Positions 9,901 through 16,871 of a stretch of 32,542 nucleotides of DNA are shown piece after piece; position 1 is the first letter of the stretch; the number at the start of each line of letters is the position of its first letter. The translations under genes and the position numbers were made by a program. The notes beneath the pieces were generated by a model that was not told the origin of the DNA, made no database searches, and was given only the letters and a program-made list of their open reading frames with translations. This stretch comes from Methanobacteriota archaeon (lineage in GTDB: Archaea; Thermoplasmatota; Thermoplasmata; SG8-5; JAGLSY01). Where the stretch lies: the NCBI GenBank assembly GCA_020697715.1, contig JAEHCO010000009.1:1-32542 (forward strand), read 5' to 3'.

Positions 9901-9994
9901 ATCTCTTCTGGAAACCTCACTGGTTCTATTCAATGATAGGAACATGAGAGTTTGGATAGCCAGATGCTCGAAGGAATTGAAGGAACTGGATTGA
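6935..9994 (+). CDS. STAND-class (AAA_16/MalT-like) NTPase with inserted longin/roadblock-like domain and C-terminal TPR array
   Basis: LIGRSNEL, Walker A GEAGIGKT, Walker B LYLDDLQWSD, GTYRPE, SGTPLYV, YRFDHAKI, ELAYHF; roughly 10 TPR repeats of about 40 aa (NNIG.IY..GE.D.AL.YY..SL.I). Confidence 0.88.
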   Translation: MEEFGLQQPELIGRSNELSLLKRSLENALDRKGSTMFISGEAGIGKTRLVSELKKHALESGMKIIQGWCLEEGLEPLMPVKMALREANMQHLVSGDPPPMVVSAYLINEAGMLMNKVERTESGLDSDIFASMLLAVGNFVKDSLSMMEEGSPGKLNSLGYGDFTILIQSKNNLSIATVIKGANSEFLIGDMKRILEEIGDDFSDWSGNMEKVEVIQPKISWFISSGKYDGNYLVDDPKIKQDNLFDNVLMGLQRASEESPIFLYLDDLQWSDPTSLALLHFLSRNLRKNRVLVLGTYRPEDIGQASDGMPHKLETTIQAMNREDLLEIIKLERLDADNTERMIFSAMGETPLDKDLLARIFRETSGTPLYVLEVIKLLVEDEIISMADNGAWQLTTDLENVDIPSKVYDVIKRRLGRLKTDQRDILECASVIGEEFRSDIIGRVIGMNRLQTLKTLNDIEKTHKLIHSKEASYRFDHAKIKEVMYSDINSELRKEYHKMIAESIEELNQDNIDDSVSELAYHFFEARDKRAGDYLIQVGDVAKERFANAEAISFYVNALEINGRDKPDPITLSKLGNINNLIGEYDTALGFFRESLALREEAVDKKNAAETLSEIGQVYYNRGELEEAKISHTESLRIMEEIGDKQGIAASNNLIGIVHYSKNELEEALEFFNKSLAIDDELNDETGRATTYSHFGLVYHKRGEFDRALEYYEKSKDTKMKIGKKNDVATLLNNIGTIYSNLGEMDRALKYYKESLAIRMEVGDRRGIASAYNNLGTLFYKRGELKNALEHYENSLKIKIDIGVLSTLSVSYNNMGIIHREWGEFDKAMEYYEKGLAMDLDHGNKNVIAKTIINISEIMREKGQLDDSTAKYLEATDLCRECGVKVYLAQGLLGLAETYVQAGKLDLARTTCEEAETIAQESSLKTEYVGSQRILGIIFSAKKDWNEAEKRFENSLAGAKDLAAETLTAKINYFYGKMLSEKGDVDRARSLLETSLVLFNDRNMRVWIARCSKELKELD

Positions 9995-11035
9995 TCAAAC
10001 TTCCTTAAGCACGTATTTTGTCGTACCCAGTCCGATCTTCTCCGCATAGCCGAAGGTATTCGATCCCTTGAACTTCTTGCCTTTCTCGGCCACAATGTCA
10101 TAACATGCCTTGTCCAATGCCACTGGATCAGTGGAGATGTAAATTCCAATATCATCCATCAGGAGCTTCATCTTCTTGCCGACGCAATCGCAGCCAGATG
10201 TTATGTTCATAACGTAATTGATGTAAATGTTATTCTTACTCTTCTGGGCGGCATAAGCGTACTCAACGACCCTTTCCCTGAAATCATTGCCTTTCAGGGC
10301 CTGGGACACCCCTGTCAAGTTCATTATGGACACTGCCTTGGATGGGCAAACAGCCAGACATGCTCCGCATCCAACACATTTATCATGGTCGATGAAAGAC
10401 TTTTTCTCGGTGATAGTGATGGCATCCTCGGCGCAATTCTTCTGGCATAGATGGCATTGCGTACATTTGCGGCTGGTTATTTGTGGCTTTATGCCCATGT
10501 GCATGGCCAGCTTCCCGCCCTTTGAGGCATGGCCCATGGATAGTTGCTTGATCGCTCCTCCAAAACCAGCGAGTCCATGACCCTTGAAATGCGCGACAAC
10601 CAGCATCTGGCTATAATTTGAGAACTCCTTTCCAACCTTGCATTTGTCAAAGTGTTTGAGGTTGACCTCCACATCGGTATAGGCTTCGCCATGATCTCCA
10701 TCCGCGATTATAACAGGAATGCGGGTGAAACCGTGAACCTCCGCGGTCTTCAGATGCACGTCTTTCTTGAACCTCTGGCCCCCATACAACACAGTGGTCT
10801 CCATGAAGGATGTTTTGATCTCCTTGCTCTCCAGATAATCGATTATCCCATTATAGTTCTCGGCCTTGATGAAAGTGACATTGCCAGGCTCTCCAAAATG
10901 AACCTTGAGTGGTATGTCTTTCTCAAGGATTATCTTCTCCTCCACCACGATCCTGTCAAGAAGCTCCCTGCATATTGCATTGACCTTATCCACCGACGTA
11001 CTGGAGTCTACTTTTGTGTAATATACATTTGACAT
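9995..11035 (-). CDS. DUF362 family Fe-S protein with 2x[4Fe-4S] ferredoxin insert
   Basis: LKVHFGEPGN, HFKGH...GFGGAIKQLSMG, CTQCHLCQKNC and CVGCGACLAVCP, CDC, STDPVALDKA. ATG 11035 preferred over 11053. Confidence 0.9.
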   Translation of the reverse strand: MSNVYYTKVDSSTSVDKVNAICRELLDRIVVEEKIILEKDIPLKVHFGEPGNVTFIKAENYNGIIDYLESKEIKTSFMETTVLYGGQRFKKDVHLKTAEVHGFTRIPVIIADGDHGEAYTDVEVNLKHFDKCKVGKEFSNYSQMLVVAHFKGHGLAGFGGAIKQLSMGHASKGGKLAMHMGIKPQITSRKCTQCHLCQKNCAEDAITITEKKSFIDHDKCVGCGACLAVCPSKAVSIMNLTGVSQALKGNDFRERVVEYAYAAQKSKNNIYINYVMNITSGCDCVGKKMKLLMDDIGIYISTDPVALDKACYDIVAEKGKKFKGSNTFGYAEKIGLGTTKYVLKEV

Positions 11036-11139
11036 AATGACCAATACTGGCATTGATAACTTGGTATATAATATATCTACCTTAACTCACGATATATTGA
11101 TACCGCAAGGATAATCAATATCCTAAACGATCACCAGTC

Positions 11140-11943
11140 ATGGAGAAAGGAAAGCAGATCGGCATTGGTAGGACAGCCGAGATATTCCAATGGGGCGAGG
11201 ACAAGGTCGTGAAGCTCTATATGGACTGGTGCTCGAAGACCTGGATAGGCCATGAGGAAGAGATGACAAGATCGTGCTACGAGGCTGGACTGCCAGCTCC
11301 CCAGACCTTCGGTCTCACGGACATCGATGATCGAAAAGGTCTGATAATGGAAAGGGTGGATGGGATCACCATGATGCAGGACATTGATGCAAAGTTCGTA
11401 TCAGATGCTGGCATATTCATCCAACACGCGCCAGTGATGGCGGAGATACATGCTTCACTTCATTCCAAAACCCTGCCTGGACTTCCCCTCCAGTACGATA
11501 TGATCCGCGGAGGTATCGAGAGGGCGAAGGATCTGCCAGAATATCTCCGAAAAGGAGTGCTGGAACGCCTTGAAGAGCTTCCTCAAGGCGATGTCGTCTG
11601 CCATTATGATCTCCACCCTGGAAATATCATGCTTTCATCCAGAGGCCCCATAATAATCGACTGGCTCACCGCTTCTTCTGGAAACCCACACGCGGACATA
11701 GCCAGGACCCTGTTATTGATAGGTCATGGAGGTCCACCCGAGGAGATCATGCCAAAAATCGAGTTCGACAAATTAAGAAGCCAGTTCATAGTTACCTATC
11801 TTGCTGAATATTCTAAGTTCCTGGAATTAGACCCCGACCAATTGAATGCCTGGAGGGCTCCAGTCGCCGCGGCAAGATTGAATGAAGGCATCCAGGAACA
11901 AAAGGACTGGCTCTTGGGGATTGTCGAGGATGGGCTTGAGTAG
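11140..11943 (+). CDS. aminoglycoside phosphotransferase (APH)/choline-kinase-like protein
   Basis: IGIGRTAEIF P-loop, VVKLY, Brenner motif CHYDLHPGNI, IIDW, ADIART. Confidence 0.85.
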   Translation: MEKGKQIGIGRTAEIFQWGEDKVVKLYMDWCSKTWIGHEEEMTRSCYEAGLPAPQTFGLTDIDDRKGLIMERVDGITMMQDIDAKFVSDAGIFIQHAPVMAEIHASLHSKTLPGLPLQYDMIRGGIERAKDLPEYLRKGVLERLEELPQGDVVCHYDLHPGNIMLSSRGPIIIDWLTASSGNPHADIARTLLLIGHGGPPEEIMPKIEFDKLRSQFIVTYLAEYSKFLELDPDQLNAWRAPVAAARLNEGIQEQKDWLLGIVEDGLE

Positions 11944-12037
11944 TCTTAGGGGGCTGGCACTTAATCAATATTTTTTCTGTGTACATATGAAGAATAAAGT
12001 AAAAAAGTGGAATTCAACCTTCCTACGGAATCTTGAA

Positions 12038-12091
12038 GGGTACGCCCACTGTGTTAGCTATACAATTGGCTACCTGTGGAATGGGCTACCC
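12038..12091 (+). other. intergenic stem-loop with large internal loop
   Basis: GGGTA-C-GCCCA pairs with TGGGC-TACCC; upper stem TAGCTA/TGGCTA has a G:U pair on the + strand. Confidence 0.4.
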
Positions 12092-12129
12092 ATCTTTGAA
12101 CAATGATATACAAAATATAAAAACAAATA

Positions 12130-12203
12130 TGGGCCCGCCCGGATTTGAACCGGGGACTATAGCTCCCAAAGCTACAAGTCTAGCCAAGCTAACCCACGGG
12201 CCC
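12130..12203 (-). tRNA. tRNA-Pro(UGG)
   Basis: Minus strand GGGCCCG...GTAGC-TT-TGG-GA-GCTAT...CCCGG-TTCAAAT-CCGGG-CGGGCCC-A folds into a full cloverleaf; CCA not encoded. Confidence 0.95.
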
Positions 12204-12230
12204 ATCTTGATGAAAGTGTGAATGAAGGAT

Positions 12231-12265
12231 GTAATAAATAACTTTTGGATGAAAATCTTTATTAC
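12231..12265. promoter_or_regulatory. back-to-back archaeal promoters for the two tRNA genes
   Basis: Identical TTTATTAC boxes on the minus (12238-12231) and plus (12258-12265) strands, each preceded by an AAAA BRE-like tract, 24-27 nt from tRNA position 1. Confidence 0.65.
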
Positions 12266-12289
12266 TAATTGGGATTTCCAGGGCTATAA

Positions 12290-12402
12290 GGGCCTGTGGT
12301 CTAGCCAGGTTATGACGCCGCCTTCACACGGCGGAGATCTCCGATTCAAAAGAGGCCGGCATGAAAATAGCCGGCTGTTTGGAAATTCGGACAGGCCCAC
12401 CA
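12290..12402 (+). tRNA. tRNA-Val(CAC) with a 35-nt intron in the T-loop; CCA encoded
   Basis: Acceptor GGGCCTG/CAGGCCC-ACCA, anticodon arm CCGCC-TT-CAC-AC-GGCGG (CAC at 12325-12327), T stem TCCGA/TCGGA. Removing 12351-12385 restores a 7-nt T-loop TTCAAAT. Confidence 0.9.
12351..12385 (+). other. bulge-helix-bulge tRNA intron at non-canonical position 59/60
   Basis: 4-bp central helix TTCA/TGGA flanked by 3-nt bulges AAA and AAT; outer helix is the T stem; inner helix GGCCGGC/GCCGGCT. Confidence 0.85.
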
Positions 12403-12406
12403 CCTT

Positions 12407-13423
12407 CTACAATATCTTCTTGACAGACCATCCCAGCATATTGAGTCCTAACCAGATGCCCGGGAACCAGGAGATTATCAGAATCAATACACCAAGTCCT
12501 GTCAATGACCATAATGCCGATGAGATCGTGAAGATGCCTGCAAAGATAAAGGCATCTTTCCATGTGTATCTTGGGCCCGGTTTTCTGCTCACCCGAGGCC
12601 GGCGGGATCTTTTAAGTCCCCTGCTGAACAATAAGAATGCTCCAATATATAATGAAATAATTATGATGTGGCCAGTAATTCCCGGAAGTATCTCCGGCCT
12701 TATGAATATCCCCATGATGATGTAGATCAATGCAAGTGGTATGGCAAGTATCCACATTTCTTTCTTAGAAGGCATGAGGCTCCGGAATGAGAAGTCGGAG
12801 CCTTGTATCTTGCTTTTCCAAATGTAGGCCAACAATCCCAGGAATCCAAAGACACTGGCACTTGAAGCCAGTGAATGCATCGGTGAAGGTGAAGCGCCGC
12901 CATGCAACATGCCTGCCCACAGGAAGAACAAAGCGGGTATCAGTATGGGTCTTTTGGCTATGGCCTTTCTGAATTTTCCTGGTAATTCGTAATATATCTC
13001 GGAGGAGCCAGTGAGTAGATATTCTGCGGTCAGCATCGGCAGGATGAAGGATAATATCGGATGCCACCAAAGTACCAGTACCATGGTCTCGATGACTGCC
13101 ACGCCACCCATGCTCACCATGGGCTCTCCCCAAGACGGTATCCATAGAACCTTCGTGATGTAAGCCTCGTAAAGGCCGAATATGATGCCACCGATGAAAA
13201 GAAGCCAGAGCTTCGGCCTGCCTCTCAGGACGAAATGCCCGATCACAAGGAGATGAAGACCATAAAGCGGTATCACGGCGATCCATCCCCACACTGTCGT
13301 GAATGGGAATATGAAGGAGCCGGATATCACCTCGGCAAAGAAGGTGGACAGGGCGCTCAATATAAGCCAGAAGAATATCTTTTGATATTTCGAAGGCTTT
13401 GATTGGCCCAATACATTTTGCAT
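12407..13423 (-). CDS. polytopic membrane protein of unknown function
   Basis: About 10 hydrophobic segments with embedded FAEV, YEAY and WHP. ATG 13423 lies about 25 nt downstream of a TTTATATA box, which suggests a leaderless transcript. Confidence 0.75.
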   Translation of the reverse strand: MQNVLGQSKPSKYQKIFFWLILSALSTFFAEVISGSFIFPFTTVWGWIAVIPLYGLHLLVIGHFVLRGRPKLWLLFIGGIIFGLYEAYITKVLWIPSWGEPMVSMGGVAVIETMVLVLWWHPILSFILPMLTAEYLLTGSSEIYYELPGKFRKAIAKRPILIPALFFLWAGMLHGGASPSPMHSLASSASVFGFLGLLAYIWKSKIQGSDFSFRSLMPSKKEMWILAIPLALIYIIMGIFIRPEILPGITGHIIIISLYIGAFLLFSRGLKRSRRPRVSRKPGPRYTWKDAFIFAGIFTISSALWSLTGLGVLILIISWFPGIWLGLNMLGWSVKKIL

Positions 13424-13515
13424 GAAAAGACAATTCCTTGCATCTATATATAAACAATGTGGGTAAACGCGATCAATGTGGAACCCCATTGATACGAGAT
13501 GAATTCAAGCCTCGA

Positions 13516-14046
13516 TCAAGGCACGAAATCATGCAGTTCTTTCAGATCGGGATTCTGCTTTCCCTCTGATACCAGGGAAAAATTGATGTCTATCATGACT
13601 GGTTTTTCCTGAAGATGATCCGCGTATTGAAGTCGCAATGTCTCGAAATACTTCCTGGCGGTTGCATGATCCGGGGCCGTGAAACGTATGACCCAGTCGA
13701 ATTCTCCATTGACATAGAACATGTTCTTCAGGTGCACGCCCTGTTTCCTGGGTTCTTCTTGAGATATGCGCTTGATGAGTATGTCCACAAGCTCCTTGTT
13801 CATTGTCCTCGTCTTCATCAGGACAATGTATGACACGTGGTTGAGCTGGCTCTCATCCACGACGGCCGTGTAACCCCATATGACATTCTCCTCTTCCAGC
13901 TCCTTTCTGCGACGCCAGACCTTCTGCCTATAGGTGTTCAGGTCCAGGGCGATCTCTCTATCGCTCCTCGTTGGGTCATCCATGAGGGCTTGGAGTATTT
14001 TATCATCATAACTTATATTGTTACTAATTGTAGTTTTTTTCTTCAT
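13516..14046 (-). CDS. Lrp/AsnC family transcriptional regulator
   Basis: DDKILQALMDDPTRSDREIA..L....VWRRRKELEEENVIWGYTAVVD HTH; C-terminal VNGEFDWVI effector domain. Confidence 0.88.
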   Translation of the reverse strand: MKKKTTISNNISYDDKILQALMDDPTRSDREIALDLNTYRQKVWRRRKELEEENVIWGYTAVVDESQLNHVSYIVLMKTRTMNKELVDILIKRISQEEPRKQGVHLKNMFYVNGEFDWVIRFTAPDHATARKYFETLRLQYADHLQEKPVMIDINFSLVSEGKQNPDLKELHDFVP

Positions 14047-14113
14047 AATATCACTATTTGTAACATATTACCTAACTTAACTCTATATCTGTTATGGTAT
14101 AATAGCTTTATTG

Positions 14114-14174
14114 AGGCGGATGTAATGAAAGTAAACTTTCATTATTTGACGCCTAGATCCCATGCAAAATGGGA
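14114..14174 (+). promoter_or_regulatory. palindromic operator or structured leader upstream of the acyl-CoA ligase-GNAT gene
   Basis: TAATGAAAG-TAAA-CTTTCATTA (14123-14144) is enclosed by AGGCG/CGCCT, followed by TCCCAT-GCAAA-ATGGGA abutting the GGTGA RBS. Confidence 0.5.
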
Positions 14175-14184
14175 CGGTGATAAA

Positions 14185-16869
14185 ATGCTGGACAAGATAT
14201 TCAAACCACAGAACATAGCCCTAATAGGTGCTAGTGATGAGGAAGGATCAGTAGGAAGCAGATTGATGAAAAACCTGACTGGCTCAGGTTTCGAAGGCAA
14301 GGTATTCCTTGTCAATATAAGGAAGAAGAAGATCCTTGAGCATAAGGCCTACAAGTCCGTCAAGGATATACCTGAAGCTGTGGACCTGGCCATCATCTCC
14401 ACGCCTGCAAAGACCGTTCCAGGTATCGTGAAGGAATGTGGCGAGGCTGGCATCGAGGGTATCATCATCATATCTGCCGGCTTCAAGGAGATCGGTGCCA
14501 AGGGTAGGGCATTGGAACAGGAGATAATGAAGATAAAGAATGAATATGATCTCAAAATTATCGGGCCGAACTGTCTGGGTGTCATAAGACCGGATGTCAA
14601 ATTGAATGCCACATTCGCAGGTAAGATGCCCAAACCTGGAAAGATCGCCTTCATATCTCAAAGTGGGGCTCTCGGGACTGCAACATTGGACTGGGCCATT
14701 CATGAGAATATCGGCCTCAGTGCCTTCGTGTCTATTGGCTCGATGATAGATGTTGACTTTGGCGAACTGATAGACCATTTTGGATCAGACCCAGATACTC
14801 GAAGTATTTTGCTCTACATTGAAGGGATCGAGGATGCGAAGAAGTTCATCAGCGCGGCTCGTCACTTTGCCAGGACCAAGCCCATCATCGTGGTCAAGGC
14901 CGGAAAGTTCTACGAGAGTGCCCAGGCAGCAGCTTCCCATACGGGTTCCATGACCGGCGAGGATGCGATCTATGACGCGGCCTTCAAGAGAGCTGGTATG
15001 ATCAGGGTGAATGATATCAGCGACCTCTTCAATTGCTCGGCCATCCTGGGAACCCAGCCACTTCCAAAAGGTCCGAGATTGGCAATAATCACCAATGCCG
15101 GTGGCCCAGGAATAATGGCCACCGACGCACTCATCCAAAAGGGAGGTAAATTGGCACAGCTCGGTCCAGATACCATCAAGGAGTTGGATGAGAAACTGCC
15201 GCCTTACTGGAGCCATGGAAATCCTATTGACATACTTGGGGATGCTGGCTCCGATCGGTACGAGGCTGTTCTCAAGGCCTGTTTGAAGGATAAAGGGATA
15301 GATGGAATACTTCTGATAAACACAGTCCAGGGTGTTGCAGACCCGACAGATTCCGCGAGAAGGATCGTCAAGGTGATCAAGGATGGAAAGCATACCTCAA
15401 AGACGATATTGACATCATTTATCGGTAGAAAGGGGGTGGAGAAGGCCAATCAGGTTTTCTCCAAGAACAATATACCTACTTATGCCATACCTGAACAGGC
15501 CATTGATGCTTATATGTACATGTACCAGTACAAGCGAAATCAGGAATTGCTTTATGAAACTCCTGAGGAGATGACGATGGACGGTGCACCTCCCAAAAGG
15601 CCGCTCATGGTCATCATGAGAAATGCTGCCAAAGAGGGGCGGGATATACTCACGGAATCTGAGGCCAAACGCTTGCTGGATTATTATGATATACCTGTTG
15701 TCAGGACCGAGATAGCTGAGACTTCGGCCCAGGCAGTCCATAAGGCATTCCAGATCGGTTACCCTGTCGCCATGAAGATACACTCTCCTCAGATAGTTCA
15801 CAAAACGGATGCTGGCGGCATCATGCTCAATATCAGCTCGGATGAAGGAGTGAAACAAGCCTTTGATACCATAATCAACAATGCCAAGGAATATGATCCT
15901 GATGCGGAGATACGTGGTGTCACGATCCAGCCAATGGTGAAAGGAGGCTATGAGGTCATACTTGGCTCAAAATCAGATCCACTGTTCGGACCAGTAATCG
16001 CCTTTGGAACTGGAGGTACTGGTGTGGAGATCTACAAGGACATATCAATAGGTCTACCACCACTCAATCAAACCCTAGCCAAGCGCATGATGGAAGAGAC
16101 CAAGATATACAGCATGCTCAAGGGTTTCAGGGGCCGCCCACCAGCAGATATCAAACTCCTCCAGTCGATCATGGTCAGATTCTCCAATATGCTCATTGAT
16201 TTTCCGGAGATCAAAGAAGTGGACATTAATCCATTGCTCATAGATGAGAACGGAGCCTTCGCCCTGGATGCTAGAGTGGTCATAGACAAGGACAAGGTCT
16301 TCCAGGTAAAGGAGCCTTATGAGCATCTGGTCATCAATCCCTATCCAAAGAAATATGAGATCCCGTGGAAGATGAAGGATGGGCGAGATGTCATTCTCAG
16401 ACCTATAAAACCTGAGGACGAACCGATGTGGCTGGAGATGTTCAATAATTTCTCTGAGAGCTCGATAAGATTCCGCTTCTTCCAGTCAATAAAAAGCACA
16501 CCTCATGAGGTTCGTGTCAGATACTGCAATATCGACTATGACAGGGAGATGGCCATAGTCGCGGAGCTCAATGACGAGGGCAAACGGAAGATACTGGGTG
16601 TCATCAGGGTGATACTGGATTCTGACAAGAAGAATGGCGAGATCGCTTTCATCATAGCCGACCCCTGGCATGGACTTGGCCTGGGCTCGAAGATGGCGGA
16701 TTATATGATCGAAATTTGCAGGGACAGGAAGATAGACGAACTATATGCGGAGATGATGACCGATAATAAGCCAGCTATTCACTTGCTGACCAAAATGGGC
16801 TTCGATATCAAGCATGAGAGTGGCGGATATGTAAGTGCGTATCTGGACCTTAAGAAGGAACATTATTGA
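14185..16869 (+). CDS. acetate/acyl-CoA ligase (ADP-forming) alpha-beta fusion with C-terminal GNAT domain (Pat/YfiQ architecture)
   Basis: IALIGAS, IIGPNCLG, FISQSGA, AAASHTGS, TNAGGPG, NPIDILG, KIHSPQIVHKTDAGG, EVDINPL, ALDARV, then GNAT (LRPIKPED, IDYDREMAIVA, WHGLGLGS). GGTGA RBS precedes ATG 14185. Confidence 0.93.
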   Translation: MLDKIFKPQNIALIGASDEEGSVGSRLMKNLTGSGFEGKVFLVNIRKKKILEHKAYKSVKDIPEAVDLAIISTPAKTVPGIVKECGEAGIEGIIIISAGFKEIGAKGRALEQEIMKIKNEYDLKIIGPNCLGVIRPDVKLNATFAGKMPKPGKIAFISQSGALGTATLDWAIHENIGLSAFVSIGSMIDVDFGELIDHFGSDPDTRSILLYIEGIEDAKKFISAARHFARTKPIIVVKAGKFYESAQAAASHTGSMTGEDAIYDAAFKRAGMIRVNDISDLFNCSAILGTQPLPKGPRLAIITNAGGPGIMATDALIQKGGKLAQLGPDTIKELDEKLPPYWSHGNPIDILGDAGSDRYEAVLKACLKDKGIDGILLINTVQGVADPTDSARRIVKVIKDGKHTSKTILTSFIGRKGVEKANQVFSKNNIPTYAIPEQAIDAYMYMYQYKRNQELLYETPEEMTMDGAPPKRPLMVIMRNAAKEGRDILTESEAKRLLDYYDIPVVRTEIAETSAQAVHKAFQIGYPVAMKIHSPQIVHKTDAGGIMLNISSDEGVKQAFDTIINNAKEYDPDAEIRGVTIQPMVKGGYEVILGSKSDPLFGPVIAFGTGGTGVEIYKDISIGLPPLNQTLAKRMMEETKIYSMLKGFRGRPPADIKLLQSIMVRFSNMLIDFPEIKEVDINPLLIDENGAFALDARVVIDKDKVFQVKEPYEHLVINPYPKKYEIPWKMKDGRDVILRPIKPEDEPMWLEMFNNFSESSIRFRFFQSIKSTPHEVRVRYCNIDYDREMAIVAELNDEGKRKILGVIRVILDSDKKNGEIAFIIADPWHGLGLGSKMADYMIEICRDRKIDELYAEMMTDNKPAIHLLTKMGFDIKHESGGYVSAYLDLKKEHY

Positions 16870-16871
16870 GC

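Noticed and set aside
6935-9994. Avs-type antiviral STAND system
   Set aside because: No nuclease, TIR, SIR2 or protease effector and no defence-island context; it fits the MalT/AAA_16-TPR signalling class better, although a defence role cannot be excluded.
12009-12100. tRNA-associated HDV-like (theta) ribozyme 3' of tRNA-Pro
   Set aside because: I could not build the nested double pseudoknot (P1/P1.1/P2/P3/P4 with catalytic C) on the minus strand, and the structure is not adjacent to the tRNA 3' end.
12130-12402. Integrated element at the tRNA genes
   Set aside because: No integrase was seen, and I found no duplicated tRNA 3' end (att site) elsewhere in the window.
11882-12725. ORFs 11882-12106, 12033-12221, 12222-12725 and 12324-12563
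   Set aside because: They run across the two tRNA genes or antisense to the membrane-protein gene and have no recognisable motifs.
14114-14156. Fluoride riboswitch (GGCG.ATG ... GACGCCTA resemblance)
   Set aside because: It lacks the P1 partner and pseudoknot layout of the crcB motif, and the downstream gene is unrelated to fluoride resistance.
13837-14184. 116-aa N-terminal extension of the ligase-GNAT ORF in the track
   Set aside because: It overlaps the Lrp gene and its promoter; homology and the GGTGA RBS begin at ATG 14185.
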